64,000 nucleotides of DNA from an uncultured Gemmatimonadales bacterium (GCA_963771275.1 CAVYSW010000010.1:768001-832000); one strand, 5' to 3'; positions 37,055 to 47,155 are shown, counted from the first letter of the stretch. The notes: a model not told the origin generated them from the letters alone. A program made the numbers and translations.

Positions 37055-37770
37055 GCCGGGGGGATGAGCTCGGCGTTGTAGATCATCACGCCGCAGGCCT
37101 CACACATGACGACCTTCTGCCCGGTGCGCAGCTCCTGGCGCCGGTGCATCGGCACGGCGGTGAGGCAGTGCCCGCACGCGTCGCTATGCACGGGGTAGAG
37201 CGCCATGGGCGCCCGGCCGCGCCGGATCCGCTCGTATTGCACGAGCGTCGGCTTGGTCAGCTGCTTCGCCACCGCGCCGCGCGCGGCCTGGGCGACCGCC
37301 AGCCGGTCGCCGCAGTCTGCCTGTCGCGCCGCGATCTCCTCGCGGCGCGGGGCCTGGGCCGCCTTGAGCTCCTCGAGATTGCGCTCGGCCTCCGCCGCGC
37401 CGGTTCCGGCCTCCTGGATGCGGTCGGCGGACCGCATCCACTCGGCTTCCTCTCGCGCCAGCACGCTGCGACCGAGATCCAGCTCCGCCATCAGCGTGGC
37501 GGCTTCTTTCGCGCCGCGCACCCATTCGAGCCGCTGGCGCCGGCGTTCCTGCATCTGGCGGAAGCTCTCGATCTTCTCCTCGAGCTGCGCCCGCCGCGTC
37601 TCCGCGTCCGTGATCCCGAGCTGCGCCGCTTCCAGCCGCGCCGTGGCGGCGGCCGCCTCGGCGTCGAGCTGCCCGAGCTCGGGCTCGAACGCCGCGAGCT
37701 CCTCGCGGATCTCATCGATGACGCGATCCTTCTCCTGCAGCAATAACAACGTAGACAGTTCAGCCAGCAC
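37051..37770 (-). CDS. Coiled-coil protein with a C4 zinc ribbon (DUF164-like)
   Basis: Long coiled coil, YERIR, CGHC...CEACG. Confidence 0.88.
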   Translation of the reverse strand: MLAELSTLLLLQEKDRVIDEIREELAAFEPELGQLDAEAAAATARLEAAQLGITDAETRRAQLEEKIESFRQMQERRRQRLEWVRGAKEAATLMAELDLGRSVLAREEAEWMRSADRIQEAGTGAAEAERNLEELKAAQAPRREEIAARQADCGDRLAVAQAARGAVAKQLTKPTLVQYERIRRGRAPMALYPVHSDACGHCLTAVPMHRRQELRTGQKVVMCEACGVMIYNAELIPPA

Positions 37771-39556
37771 CGGTCCTCCCTTTCCGAATCACGTTCCAGC
37801 GAGCCGGATTGAGCTGCGACATCTTCCGGCTCAGGGTGTCCTTCTCGTGCGCCAGGGCCATCTGCTCGTCGGCGTTCGCGAACGGCAGGCGCCGGTTGAC
37901 TTCGTGCATCCGTCGCTCGAGCCGGAGACTCTCGATCCGGTCCACCGCCCCCGCGACGACCGCGCCGACGTCGGGCGGTCCCCAGTTCTCCTCCAGCAGC
38001 GCCGCGAGCAACACGCGCGGCTCGGGGGCCAGCGTCTCGAGCAAGCTCGCCGGCGGCAGCTCCGATCCCAGCTGCAGCACGGCCTCGAACAGCGTCGCGT
38101 CCGGCTCGCGCAGCGATGCGCGGTCGGGCAGCAGCTCCGCGATGCGGCCCCGAGCGTCGGGATCGTGCAGCATGACGCGAATCAGATCCCGTTCCGGGCC
38201 CGAGTGGCTGCGCACGCGCGGCGCTTCGGGCGCCGCGGCCTCCGCCGGCCGGGCCGTTCCGGACCGGTAGCCGGAGGAGCCGGGGCGGTCGGCGATCTCC
38301 TGCAGCACCGCCTCGCGGGTTACGCCGAGCGCCTCGCCGACCCGCGCGATGTAGAGGTCGCGCGTCACGGGGTCGGCGGCGGCCCGGAGTGTGGGCAGCA
38401 GCCGATCGAGCGCGCGGCGTCTGCCGCTCAGCGTCCCGAGCCACCCCTTCCGCTCCAGCAGCTGCAGCTTGCGCTCGAATACGTCCACGCCGTCCCGCAG
38501 CACCTTCTCGAGTGCCGCCAGCCCGCCGCGCCGGACGAGGGTGTCGGGATCCTCGCCCTCGGGCATCGTCGCCACGGACACGCTCACCTGGGCGCGCAGC
38601 AGCTCGTCGCCGGTGCGGAACGTGGCCCGCAGGCCGGCCATGTCGCTGTCGAACAGCAGGGTCACGCGCTCGGTGAGCTTCTTGAGCAGCAGGGCCTGCT
38701 CCGGCGTGAACCCGGTGCCGAGCGGCGCCACCACGTGGTCGAGCCCGGCGAGCAGCAGGCGCAGCACGTCGAAGTAGCCCTCGACCAGCACCGCGTGCTC
38801 GGCCTTGCGGATCGCGTGCTTGGCGCTGTGCAGGTTGTAGAGCAGCCGGCCCTTGTGAAACACCTCGGAGTCGGGCGAGTTGAGGTACTTGGGCTCGCCG
38901 TCGCCGATCACGCGCCCGCCGAACGCCACCACCCGCCCGCGCAGGTCGTGGATCGGGAACAGCAGCCGGCCCCAGAACCGCGCGCGCAGCGTCTGGTCCT
39001 CACGGCGCAGGGCGAGCCCCGCGCCGATCAAGACGTCCGGCGTGATGCCGAGCTTCTGCATCGCGTCGAGGAACGCGGGGCCGGGCGGCGCGTAGCCGAG
39101 CCCGTAGGGGTGGAGCTGCTCGAGATCGAGGCCCCGCGACGCAACGTAGCGGCGGGCGGGCTCCGCCTCGGGCGCCTCGCGCAGCTGCCGCGCGTACCAC
39201 TCCTGAGCGACCGCGACCGCCTGGTAGAACGGCTCGAGGGGATCCGGGCCCGAGGCGGTGCGCTCCGGGATGGTGACGCCGACGCGGCGCGCCACCTCGC
39301 GCACCGCCGTCGGGTAGTCCATCCCGAACTTCTTCATGTAGAACGTGAAGACGTCGCCGCCCTCGTGGCACACGAAGCAGTAGAACATCTGCTTCTTGGG
39401 AATCACGGCGAAGTTGCGGTGCTTGCCGCCGTGGAACGGGCAGGCGCCGCGGTAGTCGGTCCCCGTGCGCCGCAGCTGCACGTGCTCGCCGATCACCTCG
39501 ACGAGGTCGGCGGCGTCGCGCACCTGCTCGATCACGTCGTCGGGGATGCTCGTCAC
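37760..39556 (-). CDS. dnaG: DNA primase
   Basis: CPFH...CFVC zinc finger, FGGR, PKYLNSP, VEGYFD, DSDMAG TOPRIM. Confidence 0.97.
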   Translation of the reverse strand: MTSIPDDVIEQVRDAADLVEVIGEHVQLRRTGTDYRGACPFHGGKHRNFAVIPKKQMFYCFVCHEGGDVFTFYMKKFGMDYPTAVREVARRVGVTIPERTASGPDPLEPFYQAVAVAQEWYARQLREAPEAEPARRYVASRGLDLEQLHPYGLGYAPPGPAFLDAMQKLGITPDVLIGAGLALRREDQTLRARFWGRLLFPIHDLRGRVVAFGGRVIGDGEPKYLNSPDSEVFHKGRLLYNLHSAKHAIRKAEHAVLVEGYFDVLRLLLAGLDHVVAPLGTGFTPEQALLLKKLTERVTLLFDSDMAGLRATFRTGDELLRAQVSVSVATMPEGEDPDTLVRRGGLAALEKVLRDGVDVFERKLQLLERKGWLGTLSGRRRALDRLLPTLRAAADPVTRDLYIARVGEALGVTREAVLQEIADRPGSSGYRSGTARPAEAAAPEAPRVRSHSGPERDLIRVMLHDPDARGRIAELLPDRASLREPDATLFEAVLQLGSELPPASLLETLAPEPRVLLAALLEENWGPPDVGAVVAGAVDRIESLRLERRMHEVNRRLPFANADEQMALAHEKDTLSRKMSQLNPARWNVIRKGRTGAG

Positions 39557-41886
39557 GCGAGCTCCGCGATCGTGACACCGGTACCGCCTTCGCGCGGCGG
39601 GGCAAGCCGGTGCGCCGTGATCCGGCGGTCGCCGCGCAGCAGCTCGTCGACGACCTGGCGCAGCACGCCGGTCCCCTTGCCGTGGATGATCCGCAGCGCC
39701 GGGATATCGGCGAGCGTGGCGGCGTCCACCGCGCGATCCACCGCCTCGCGGGCCTCCTCGGCGGTCATGCCGCGGAGATCGAGCTCGGACACGCTGGGTG
39801 CGGCCGGCGACCGCGGGGCGGGCGCCGCCGGATCGGCGGGGGCCGCGGCGGCCTTGATCCGACCGCGATGCACCACGCGGGGCGAGCCGGCCGTGCCCGC
39901 CGATCCCCTGACGCCTTTCACCCGCCAGCCCTTGCTCACCAGCTCGGCCTCGAGCTTCTCGAGCGCGTTCCCTTCGTCGCGGATCCCCTGCTCCACCAGG
40001 CGCCGCGCCGCGCGCGCCGTCGCGTCCGTGCCCGCCGTCCGGGCCGTGCCAATCGCGTCCTCGACCCGCTTGCGCGCGTCGAGCAGGAAGCGCCGGGCCT
40101 GCTCGCGCCCCTCGCGCTCCAGCTCGGCCGCCCGAGTGGCCGCCGCCCGCTCGCGCTCGGCGAGCGTCTCCCGGAGGTTGGCCAGCTCCCCGTCGCGCCG
40201 GCCGAGCTGGGCGGCGAGGGTGTCGAGCTCCGTCTCGCGGGTGGCAACGAGCGCGGCCCGTCGCTCGACGTCCGCCAGAATGGCGTCGAGCGAGCGCTCC
40301 GCCTCCGGCGTGCGCCGCTCGGCCCGATCGAGCACGTCGGCCGGCAGGCCGAGGCGCCGCGCGATGACGAGCCCGTAGGAGCGGCCCGGAATGCCCTTGA
40401 CCAGGCGGTAGGTCGGCCGGAGTGTGGCGGCGTCGAAGTGGAGCGAGGCGTTCACCACGCCCGCCGTCTCCGCGGCCAGCAGCTTCAGCTCGCTCAGGTG
40501 GGTCGTCGCGACGACGCGGCTGCCACGCTCCACCAGCGTCTGCAGGGTCGCCGCCGCGAGGGCCGCCCCCTCGACCGGGTCGGTGCCGCTGCCGATTTCG
40601 TCGAGCAGCACGAGCGCCGCCGGGCCCGCCTGCGCGAGCGCCTCCCGCAGCGCGTACAGGTGCGCGCTGAACGTCGAGAGGCTCGCGGCGATCGACTGAT
40701 TGTCGCCGATATCGGAGACGATCGTGCGGTAGACCGGCACGGCTGACCCGTCGCCGAGCGGCGGCACGACGCCGGCCTGGACGAGCGCGCTGGCGAGCCC
40801 CACCGCCTTGAGCAGGACCGTCTTGCCGCCGGTGTTGGGGCCGCTCACGATCAGCGCCAGCTCACCGCTCTCGAGCTCGAGGTCGAACGGGATGGCGGCG
40901 ACGCCCTCGGCCAGCAGCAGCGGGTGCCGTGCGGTGCGCAGCACGTGCGGGCCGGGCGCGGGCGCCACCGCCGGGATCGCCGCCTGCACGTCGGCGGCGT
41001 AGCGCGCCCGGGCGTAGAGATCGTCCACCGCCACGCACATCGCCAGCCCGGCGGCCGCCGCGGGCGCGTGGGGGCGCACGGCATCCGTGAGGCGCCGCAG
41101 CAGCGCCAGCACCGCGCGGGCCTCCTCACCCTCCAGCGCGTTGAGCGCGTTCGCCGGCTCCACCGCCGCCTGGGGCTCGACGAACAGCGTCGCCCCGGAG
41201 GCGGACTCGGCGTGGACGATCCCGGGAACGCGGCCGCGCGCGTCGCGCGTCACGGGAATCACGTACCGGCCGTTGCGCACCGTGACCGACGCGTCGGGCG
41301 GGGCCTCGTGCGCAGCGAGTCCGCGCAGCGTGCGCTCGAGCAGCTGGATCACGTGCGCCCGCGCCTCGCGCAGGCGGGTCCGCGCCCGGTCAACCCCCGG
41401 GTCCGCGCCGTCCCGGACGCGGCCGTCCGGCTCGATCGCCTGCAGGATGTCGCGCGCGAGGCGCGGAGGCGGGACCTCGACCCCCAGCGCCGCGACCCGC
41501 GGCGCCACCTCCGCCACGCGTTTCAGCTCCGCGGCCACCAGCCGCATGGCCTCGAGCCCGCGTCCCAGCTCGAGCAGCGCCACGCCGTCGAGCACGGTGC
41601 CGGCGACCGCCAGCTGATCGAGCAACGCGGTGAGATCGGCGATCGGCTCGGGCCGGATCGCATCGCCGCCGACCAGCAGGCGCTGCAGCTCGGCCGTGGT
41701 CGCCAGCTCGGCCCGGATCGCGTCGACGTCCGCCGACGGGAGGCGCCCCCGCACGCGCGCGGCCCCGAGCGGGCCGACCGCGCGCGCCGCGACGTCGTCG
41801 AGCGCCCGGGCGAACTCGAGCTGCCGCAGCACCTCCGCGGCCGCGACGGCCGGCAACGCGGAAGGGGCGCTCGTGACCCGCGTCAC
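39553..41886 (-). CDS. mutS2: MutS2 endonuclease with Smr domain
   Basis: SGPNTGGKT, DIGDNQSI...SLSTFS, DEIGSGTDP, GIPGRS, LDLRG...IHGKGTG; start uncertain (41886 or 41922). Confidence 0.95.
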   Translation of the reverse strand: MTRVTSAPSALPAVAAAEVLRQLEFARALDDVAARAVGPLGAARVRGRLPSADVDAIRAELATTAELQRLLVGGDAIRPEPIADLTALLDQLAVAGTVLDGVALLELGRGLEAMRLVAAELKRVAEVAPRVAALGVEVPPPRLARDILQAIEPDGRVRDGADPGVDRARTRLREARAHVIQLLERTLRGLAAHEAPPDASVTVRNGRYVIPVTRDARGRVPGIVHAESASGATLFVEPQAAVEPANALNALEGEEARAVLALLRRLTDAVRPHAPAAAAGLAMCVAVDDLYARARYAADVQAAIPAVAPAPGPHVLRTARHPLLLAEGVAAIPFDLELESGELALIVSGPNTGGKTVLLKAVGLASALVQAGVVPPLGDGSAVPVYRTIVSDIGDNQSIAASLSTFSAHLYALREALAQAGPAALVLLDEIGSGTDPVEGAALAAATLQTLVERGSRVVATTHLSELKLLAAETAGVVNASLHFDAATLRPTYRLVKGIPGRSYGLVIARRLGLPADVLDRAERRTPEAERSLDAILADVERRAALVATRETELDTLAAQLGRRDGELANLRETLAERERAAATRAAELEREGREQARRFLLDARKRVEDAIGTARTAGTDATARAARRLVEQGIRDEGNALEKLEAELVSKGWRVKGVRGSAGTAGSPRVVHRGRIKAAAAPADPAAPAPRSPAAPSVSELDLRGMTAEEAREAVDRAVDAATLADIPALRIIHGKGTGVLRQVVDELLRGDRRITAHRLAPPREGGTGVTIAELA

Positions 41887-41983
41887 GCGCGCCCCTTCCT
41901 GGTTCCCCTCTGCGACCGACACCCTTACTTCCCAGCCGTTCCCGCGGGATTGGCCACCTGCGCGTCCGGGTCCGAGACGATCG

Positions 41984-42172
41984 TCAGGGTCGTCGCTCCC
42001 TGCGGGTCTTGCGACGCGACGAGTTGAGTTTCCGCTTCTTGCGCTCGCTGGGCTTCTCGTAGTGACGGTGCTTCCGCAAGTCAGACAGGATCCCCGCCTT
42101 TTCACACTTCTTCTTGAAGCGCTTGAGCGCCCGCTCGAAGCTCTCATCCTCGTGGATGATCACTTCCGCCAT
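41984..42172 (-). CDS. rpsU: 30S ribosomal protein S21
   Basis: [12 protein letters not shown]...[12 protein letters not shown]. Confidence 0.97.
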   Translation of the reverse strand: MAEVIIHEDESFERALKRFKKKCEKAGILSDLRKHRHYEKPSERKKRKLNSSRRKTRRERRP

Positions 42173-42248
42173 TCCCTCAAATCACCCCTTCCGAGTCGCA
42201 CCCGCGTCCGGGCAGCAAAGGTGAGAGATTGGTTCCGCGAAGCCTTTT

Positions 42249-42277
42249 ATGATACCGGGACCCCGCGCCCGCTACAA
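42249..42277 (-). promoter_or_regulatory. Putative rpsU promoter
   Basis: TTGTAG-17 bp-TATCAT. Confidence 0.6.
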
Positions 42278-42284
42278 GTGCGGC

Positions 42285-42626
42285 TCAGCCCGGCGGCCAC
42301 CCCATCTGCCGGCCACCGAGAATGTGGGCGTGGAGGTGCGCCACCGCCTGACCGCCGTGCCGGTTGGTGTTGAGCACCGTGCGATAGCCTGCCTCCGCCA
42401 CACCGGCGTCGCGCGCCACGCGGCGCACGAACGCCAGGAGCCCGCCCAGCAGGGCCGGATCGTCCGCCGCGTCGAGCGACGCGACGTGCGTCCGGGGAAT
42501 CACCAGGATGTGCGTCGGGGCCTTGGGATCGATGTCGTGGAACGCGACGAAGCGCTCGTCGCTGGCGACCAGCTTCGCGGGGATGTCCCCGCGGGCGATC
42601 TTGCAGAACAGACAGTCCCCGCCCAT
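42285..42626 (-). CDS. HIT-family nucleotide hydrolase (HinT-like)
   Basis: CLFCKI, DIDPKAPTH, GQAVAHLHAHILGGR. Confidence 0.95.
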   Translation of the reverse strand: MGGDCLFCKIARGDIPAKLVASDERFVAFHDIDPKAPTHILVIPRTHVASLDAADDPALLGGLLAFVRRVARDAGVAEAGYRTVLNTNRHGGQAVAHLHAHILGGRQMGWPPG

Positions 42627-43774
42627 CAGCCGCCCAGCGCCTCCCGCATCTTGTCCCAGAATCCCCTGCCGCCCGAGCGCTCGGTTTCCGGCGGGTCGCC
42701 CTCGAGATCCTTGAGCCGCGTGAGCAGCTCCTCCAACTCGCGGGACAGCTTGGCCGGCGTCCACACGCGCACCCGCACGTGCAGATCCCCCACGCGTCCG
42801 GACTCCAGGCCGGGAAGCCCCTTGCCCCGCTGGGTGAGGATCGCCCCGGACTGCGTCCCCGCCGGGACGCGCACCGTGATGGAGCCGACGGGCAGCGGCA
42901 CCTCGTGCTCGGCGCCGAGCGCCGCCTGGCTGAACGACACCGGCAGATCGTACACGAGATCGTCGCCGTGCCGCTCGAAGCGCGGGTCTTCCGTCACCTC
43001 GAGCACGACGATCAGATCGCCGGCCGGGCCGCCGCGCGGCCCCGCCTGTCCCTCCCCGCGGAGCGTGAGGTAGTTGTTGCTCGACACGCCGGGTGGGATC
43101 TCGATGTCGACGGTCTTCTCGCGCCGGACGCGCCCATCGCCGCGGCATGCGTCGCACACGTCGCGGATCACCGTGCCCTCCCCGTTGCAGGTGGGACACG
43201 GCGTGACCGAGACCAGCTGGCCGAGGAACGACTGCGTCGCCCGCCGCACCTCGCCCACCCCCCCGCAGGTGCGGCACACCTCGCTGCCCGCCCCCGGTTT
43301 GGCCCCCGTCCCACCGCAGGTCGCGCACGCCTGCAACGTGCGCAGCTTGACGGCGCGCTTGGCGCCCGTCACCACTTCCGCGAGACTCACCTCGATGGAC
43401 ATGCGCACGTCGGGGCCGCGGCGCCGCGTCCTTCGGCTGCGCTCGCCGCCCCCGAAGAACGCGTCGAACCCGCCCATGTTGCCGAAGTCGCGCATGAAGA
43501 TGCCGAGCGCCTCGGCCAGGTCGGGATGGAACCCGCCGAATCCGCCCCCGCCACGCGGCCCCGCCGCGCCGAACCGATCGTACTGGGCGCGTTTCTGCGG
43601 GTCGCGCAGCACCTCGTAGGCCTCGGTCACTTCCTTGAACCGCTCTTCGGCGCGCTTGGCCCCGCTGTTCCGGTCGGGGTGGTACTCCATGGCGAGCTTG
43701 CGGTAGGCGCGCTTGACGTCCGCCTCGGAGGCGTCGCGGGAGATTCCGAGGACTTCGTAGTAGTCCCGGGCCAT
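42626..43774 (-). CDS. dnaJ: Chaperone DnaJ
   Basis: DYYEVLG, HPD, four CxxCxGxG repeats, GDL. Confidence 0.97.
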   Translation of the reverse strand: MARDYYEVLGISRDASEADVKRAYRKLAMEYHPDRNSGAKRAEERFKEVTEAYEVLRDPQKRAQYDRFGAAGPRGGGGFGGFHPDLAEALGIFMRDFGNMGGFDAFFGGGERSRRTRRRGPDVRMSIEVSLAEVVTGAKRAVKLRTLQACATCGGTGAKPGAGSEVCRTCGGVGEVRRATQSFLGQLVSVTPCPTCNGEGTVIRDVCDACRGDGRVRREKTVDIEIPPGVSSNNYLTLRGEGQAGPRGGPAGDLIVVLEVTEDPRFERHGDDLVYDLPVSFSQAALGAEHEVPLPVGSITVRVPAGTQSGAILTQRGKGLPGLESGRVGDLHVRVRVWTPAKLSRELEELLTRLKDLEGDPPETERSGGRGFWDKMREALGG

Positions 43775-43775
43775 G

Positions 43776-44807
43776 TCAGCTGGCGAGATCCTCGACCATG
43801 CGGCTGGTGTGGTCCACAAGGGCCAGCACCTTCTCGTACGGCATGCGGGTGGGTCCCATCACGCCGATCACGCCCGCGAGCGAGCCGAAGCGATAGCTCG
43901 CGGTGACGATCGTCAACGCGGTGAGCCGCGGGTCGGCGTTCTCGCTCCCGATGGTGACCGTGACGCCGGGCTCGCTCCGCTGCCGCAGGGCGTCCCGCAG
44001 CAGGTCGCGCCGCTCGGTGAGCTCGAGCAGCGTCCGCATCTGGGTATTCGAGTGGAACTCGGGCTGCTCGGCGAGGAGCTGGGCGCTGCCGAGCACGAGG
44101 CTCTGGGCCGCCGCCGGCAGGTCGAACAGCGCATCGGCCTCTTCGATGAAGATGTTGAGCAGCTCCGACTCGTGCGTCCCGCCCGCGCTGTCCCGCAGCC
44201 GGTCGCGCAGGGTGGCGCGGATCTCGCGCAGCGTGAGCCCGGCGAGCCGCTCGTTGAGCACCAGCGTCACGCCGGCGACCGCTTCCGCCGGAAGGTACGT
44301 CGCCACCTGCACGAACAGCGTCCGCGCCAGCCCGCCGCGCATGACCAGGACGAGGAGCAGGCGCTCCGCCGAGATCTGCGTGAGGTCGAGCCGCTCCAGC
44401 ACCGCCGCGTCGAACGACGGCGCGACCGCGACACCCAGCTCGTGGGTCAGCACCCCCAGCACCTGCGCCGCCTTGACGAGGATCCCCTCGATCACGCCGG
44501 AATCGCGGCCCAGCTCGAGGCGCAGCCGGTCCTGGTCGGCGGGCGACACCTCGGACCGCCAGATCAGCCCGTCCACGTAGGCACGGTAGGCCAGGTCCGT
44601 GGGAATGCGCCCCGCCGACGTGTGCGGATGGAACAGGTAGCCGCGGTCCTCGAGATCGCTCATCGTGTTGCGGATCGTGGCCGCCGAGACACCCAGCCGG
44701 AAGCGCTTGGCAATGGTGCGCGACCCTGCCGGCTCGGCGGTTTCGATGTAGGTCCGGACGACAGCCGACAGGACCTCGCGCTCGCGATCAGAGAGTTGGT
44801 CCGACAT
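43776..44807 (-). CDS. hrcA: Heat-inducible repressor HrcA
   Basis: SAATIRNTMSDLE, HPHTSAGRIPT, GVMGPTRMPY. Confidence 0.97.
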   Translation of the reverse strand: MSDQLSDREREVLSAVVRTYIETAEPAGSRTIAKRFRLGVSAATIRNTMSDLEDRGYLFHPHTSAGRIPTDLAYRAYVDGLIWRSEVSPADQDRLRLELGRDSGVIEGILVKAAQVLGVLTHELGVAVAPSFDAAVLERLDLTQISAERLLLVLVMRGGLARTLFVQVATYLPAEAVAGVTLVLNERLAGLTLREIRATLRDRLRDSAGGTHESELLNIFIEEADALFDLPAAAQSLVLGSAQLLAEQPEFHSNTQMRTLLELTERRDLLRDALRQRSEPGVTVTIGSENADPRLTALTIVTASYRFGSLAGVIGVMGPTRMPYEKVLALVDHTSRMVEDLAS

Positions 44808-44830
44808 AGCCCAAGTGTTGTAGTTGCACA

Positions 44831-44860
44831 AAATTAGCCACCTTCGGCCGAAGTGGTCAA
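44831..44860 (-). promoter_or_regulatory. hrcA promoter overlapped by a CIRCE-like 9-9-9 inverted repeat
   Basis: TTGACC-18 bp-TAATTT promoter; TTGACCACT-N9-GGTGGCTAA at 44834-44860. Confidence 0.55.
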
Positions 44861-45967
44861 GGCGGTCACCAGGGAGTCGAGCACGAGCCAGCCCGCGGGG
44901 GTGCATCGCAGGGCGCCGTCCCGCGCTGTCAGCCACCCCTGGCTGATGGCTGCAACGACCCGGTCCTGGACGAGGGATCGGCCCTCCCGGGGCGGCAGGC
45001 CACCGTCGGTCCGGAGCGCGAGGTAGACGCGCTCCAGGCGCATCGCCGCCGGCGAGAGATCCTCCACGCCGCCGACGGGATCCTCGTCGCGGAGCACCGC
45101 CCGCTCGTACGCCACCCAGTCGCGGAGATTCCAGCGGCGGCGCCGGCCGTCGAACGCGTGCGCCGACGGCCCGAGACCGGCATAGGCCGCTCCGCTCCAG
45201 TAGGCGGCGTTGTGCCGCGCGCGCGCGCTGCCACCCGCGGCGTCCACCCGCGCGTAATTCGAGATCTCGTAGTGCGCGAACCCCGCGGCGACGAGCGTCT
45301 CGTGCGCCAGCAGGAACTCGGCCGCGTAGCGCGCTTCCGAGGCCGGCCGGGTCGCGCCCCGCGCGGCCCAGCGCGCGTAGGGCGTGCGCGGCTCCAGCGT
45401 GAGGCCGTAGACCGACAGGTGATCGGGGGCCAGCGCGAGCGCGGCCGCCAGATCGCGCGCGACAGCGTGATCCAGGCCGGCCGGCAGGCCGAAGATGAGA
45501 TCGAGCGAGAGCGAGGTGACGCCCGCGTCGCGCAGCGCCGGCACCGCGCGGAGCACCGCCGCCCGATCGTGGGTCCGGTGCATCCAGCGCAGCACGTCAT
45601 CCGCGAACGACTGCACCCCCAAGGACACGCGATTGACGCCGGACGCCACCCACGCGCGCGCGGCAGCGGGGGTCACGTCGTCCGGGTTGGCTTCGAGCGT
45701 GACCTCCGCACCGGCCACCCGCGGGAACGCGTCGAGCAGCCTGGCAAGCGCGTCCGCGGCGAGCCGCGACGGGGTCCCGCCCCCGAGGTACACGGTCTCG
45801 CACGGCGCATCGCGCCAGCCCTCGGCCGCGCGGCGGTGCGCGTGCTCCCGGAGGACCGCGTCGACGAACCGCTCGCTCGGCACCGCACGGCGCACGGCGA
45901 TGGCGAAGTCGCAGTAGCTGCAGCGCCGCGCGCAGAACGGGACGTGGATGTAGAGGTGGCGCATCAT
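44834..45967 (-). CDS. hemW: Radical SAM heme chaperone HemW (HemN-like)
   Basis: LYIHVPFCARRCSYCDF, GGGTPS, EANP, RVSLGVQSF, YEISNY; upstream of hrcA. Confidence 0.93.
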   Translation of the reverse strand: MMRHLYIHVPFCARRCSYCDFAIAVRRAVPSERFVDAVLREHAHRRAAEGWRDAPCETVYLGGGTPSRLAADALARLLDAFPRVAGAEVTLEANPDDVTPAAARAWVASGVNRVSLGVQSFADDVLRWMHRTHDRAAVLRAVPALRDAGVTSLSLDLIFGLPAGLDHAVARDLAAALALAPDHLSVYGLTLEPRTPYARWAARGATRPASEARYAAEFLLAHETLVAAGFAHYEISNYARVDAAGGSARARHNAAYWSGAAYAGLGPSAHAFDGRRRRWNLRDWVAYERAVLRDEDPVGGVEDLSPAAMRLERVYLALRTDGGLPPREGRSLVQDRVVAAISQGWLTARDGALRCTPAGWLVLDSLVTALTTSAEGG

Positions 45968-45973
45968 GATGAT

Positions 45974-46074
45974 CAATGTTCAATGCTCAATGCTCAATGA
46001 TCAATGCGCAATGACGAATGCTCACTCACCAAGTACTTGAACATTCAGCATTGAACATTGAGCATTGAACATTC
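45974..46074. repeat. Palindromic heptamer element (CAATGNN)7-core-(NNCATTG)5
   Basis: CAATGTT CAATGCT CAATGCT CAATGAT CAATGCG CAATGAC GAATGCT ... CAAGTACTTG AACATTC AGCATTG AACATTG AGCATTG AACATTC. Confidence 0.92.
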
Positions 46075-47155
46075 AGCTGTGTCTGCCGAACACCTGCCCC
46101 GGCTCCCGGCGCACCAGGCCCCGGATCTCGAGCGACGTCAGCGTGGCGAGCACCACGGCGGGGTCGGCGTCGAGCGCCTCCGCGACCCGGTCCACGTGCA
46201 GCTCCTCGGTGTCGAGGGCGGCAAGGACGCGGCGCTCGTCGTCGGTGAGGTCGTTGGGGAGTCGCGCGCCGGGCGCGTTCTCGAGCGCGATGCCGTACTC
46301 CTCGAGCACGTCGCGCAGGCCGAGCGCGGGCTTGGCCCCGTGCTGAATCAGGCGGTTGCAGCCGAGCGACACGGGACTCGTGATCGGGCCGGGTACGGCG
46401 AGCACCTCCCTGCCCTGGGACAACGCGGCGTCCACCGTCACGAGGGCGCCGGATTTCTCGCGCGCCTCGATCACGAGGACGGCGTGGGCGAGGCCGCTCA
46501 CCAGGCGGTTGCGGCGCGGGAAGCTCCCCACGCGCGGCCGCTCGCCGGGCGGGAACTCGGTGAGCAGCGCGCCGTGCTCGCCCACCCGGTCGTACAGCGC
46601 GCGGTTCGCCGCGGGATAGATGACGCCCAGTCCGTTCCCCAGCACACCGACCGTGCCGCCGCCGGCGTCGAGCGCCGCCGCGTGGGCGAGCGCGTCGATC
46701 CCGCGCGCCATGCCGCTCACGACGACGAGCCCCGCGCGCGCGCAGCCCACCGCGAAATGACGGCACACCTCGCCCCCGTAGCGCGTGTGCGCGCGGCTCC
46801 CCACGATGGCGACGGCGGGGCGCGCGAACAGCTCGGCGTCGCCGGCCACGAACAGCAGCGTGGGGGGATCGGGGATCTCGCGCAGGGCCGCGGGGAACGC
46901 CGCATCGGACGGGGTGAGGACGCGGCCCCCCAGCTCGGTCGCCCGGCGCACCAGCCGCGCGGCCGCGGCGAGCGACGCGTGCCGCAGCGCGGTGGCGGCG
47001 GCGCAGCTGATGCCCGGCACGGCCTCGAGATCCGCCTGGGAGGCGCGCAGCACGTCCACCGGGTACGCGAACCGCGCGAGGAGACTGTCGAGCCGGGCCC
47101 GGCCGATTCCCGGCGTGAGGGCGAGCGCGACGTAGGCCAGATCGGCCGACGTCAC
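46073..47155 (-). CDS. dprA: DNA processing protein DprA
   Basis: VAIVGSR, VVSGMARGID, FPRRNRLVSGL, SGALVT, AVPG, GCNRLI. Confidence 0.96.
   Translation of the reverse strand: MTSADLAYVALALTPGIGRARLDSLLARFAYPVDVLRASQADLEAVPGISCAAATALRHASLAAAARLVRRATELGGRVLTPSDAAFPAALREIPDPPTLLFVAGDAELFARPAVAIVGSRAHTRYGGEVCRHFAVGCARAGLVVVSGMARGIDALAHAAALDAGGGTVGVLGNGLGVIYPAANRALYDRVGEHGALLTEFPPGERPRVGSFPRRNRLVSGLAHAVLVIEAREKSGALVTVDAALSQGREVLAVPGPITSPVSLGCNRLIQHGAKPALGLRDVLEEYGIALENAPGARLPNDLTDDERRVLAALDTEELHVDRVAEALDADPAVVLATLTSLEIRGLVRREPGQVFGRHS

Noticed and set aside
37205..40378. 1057-aa plus-strand ORF
   Set aside because: Antisense shadow of dnaG and mutS2; Arg/Ala-rich with no motifs. Long stop-free antisense frames are expected at this GC content.
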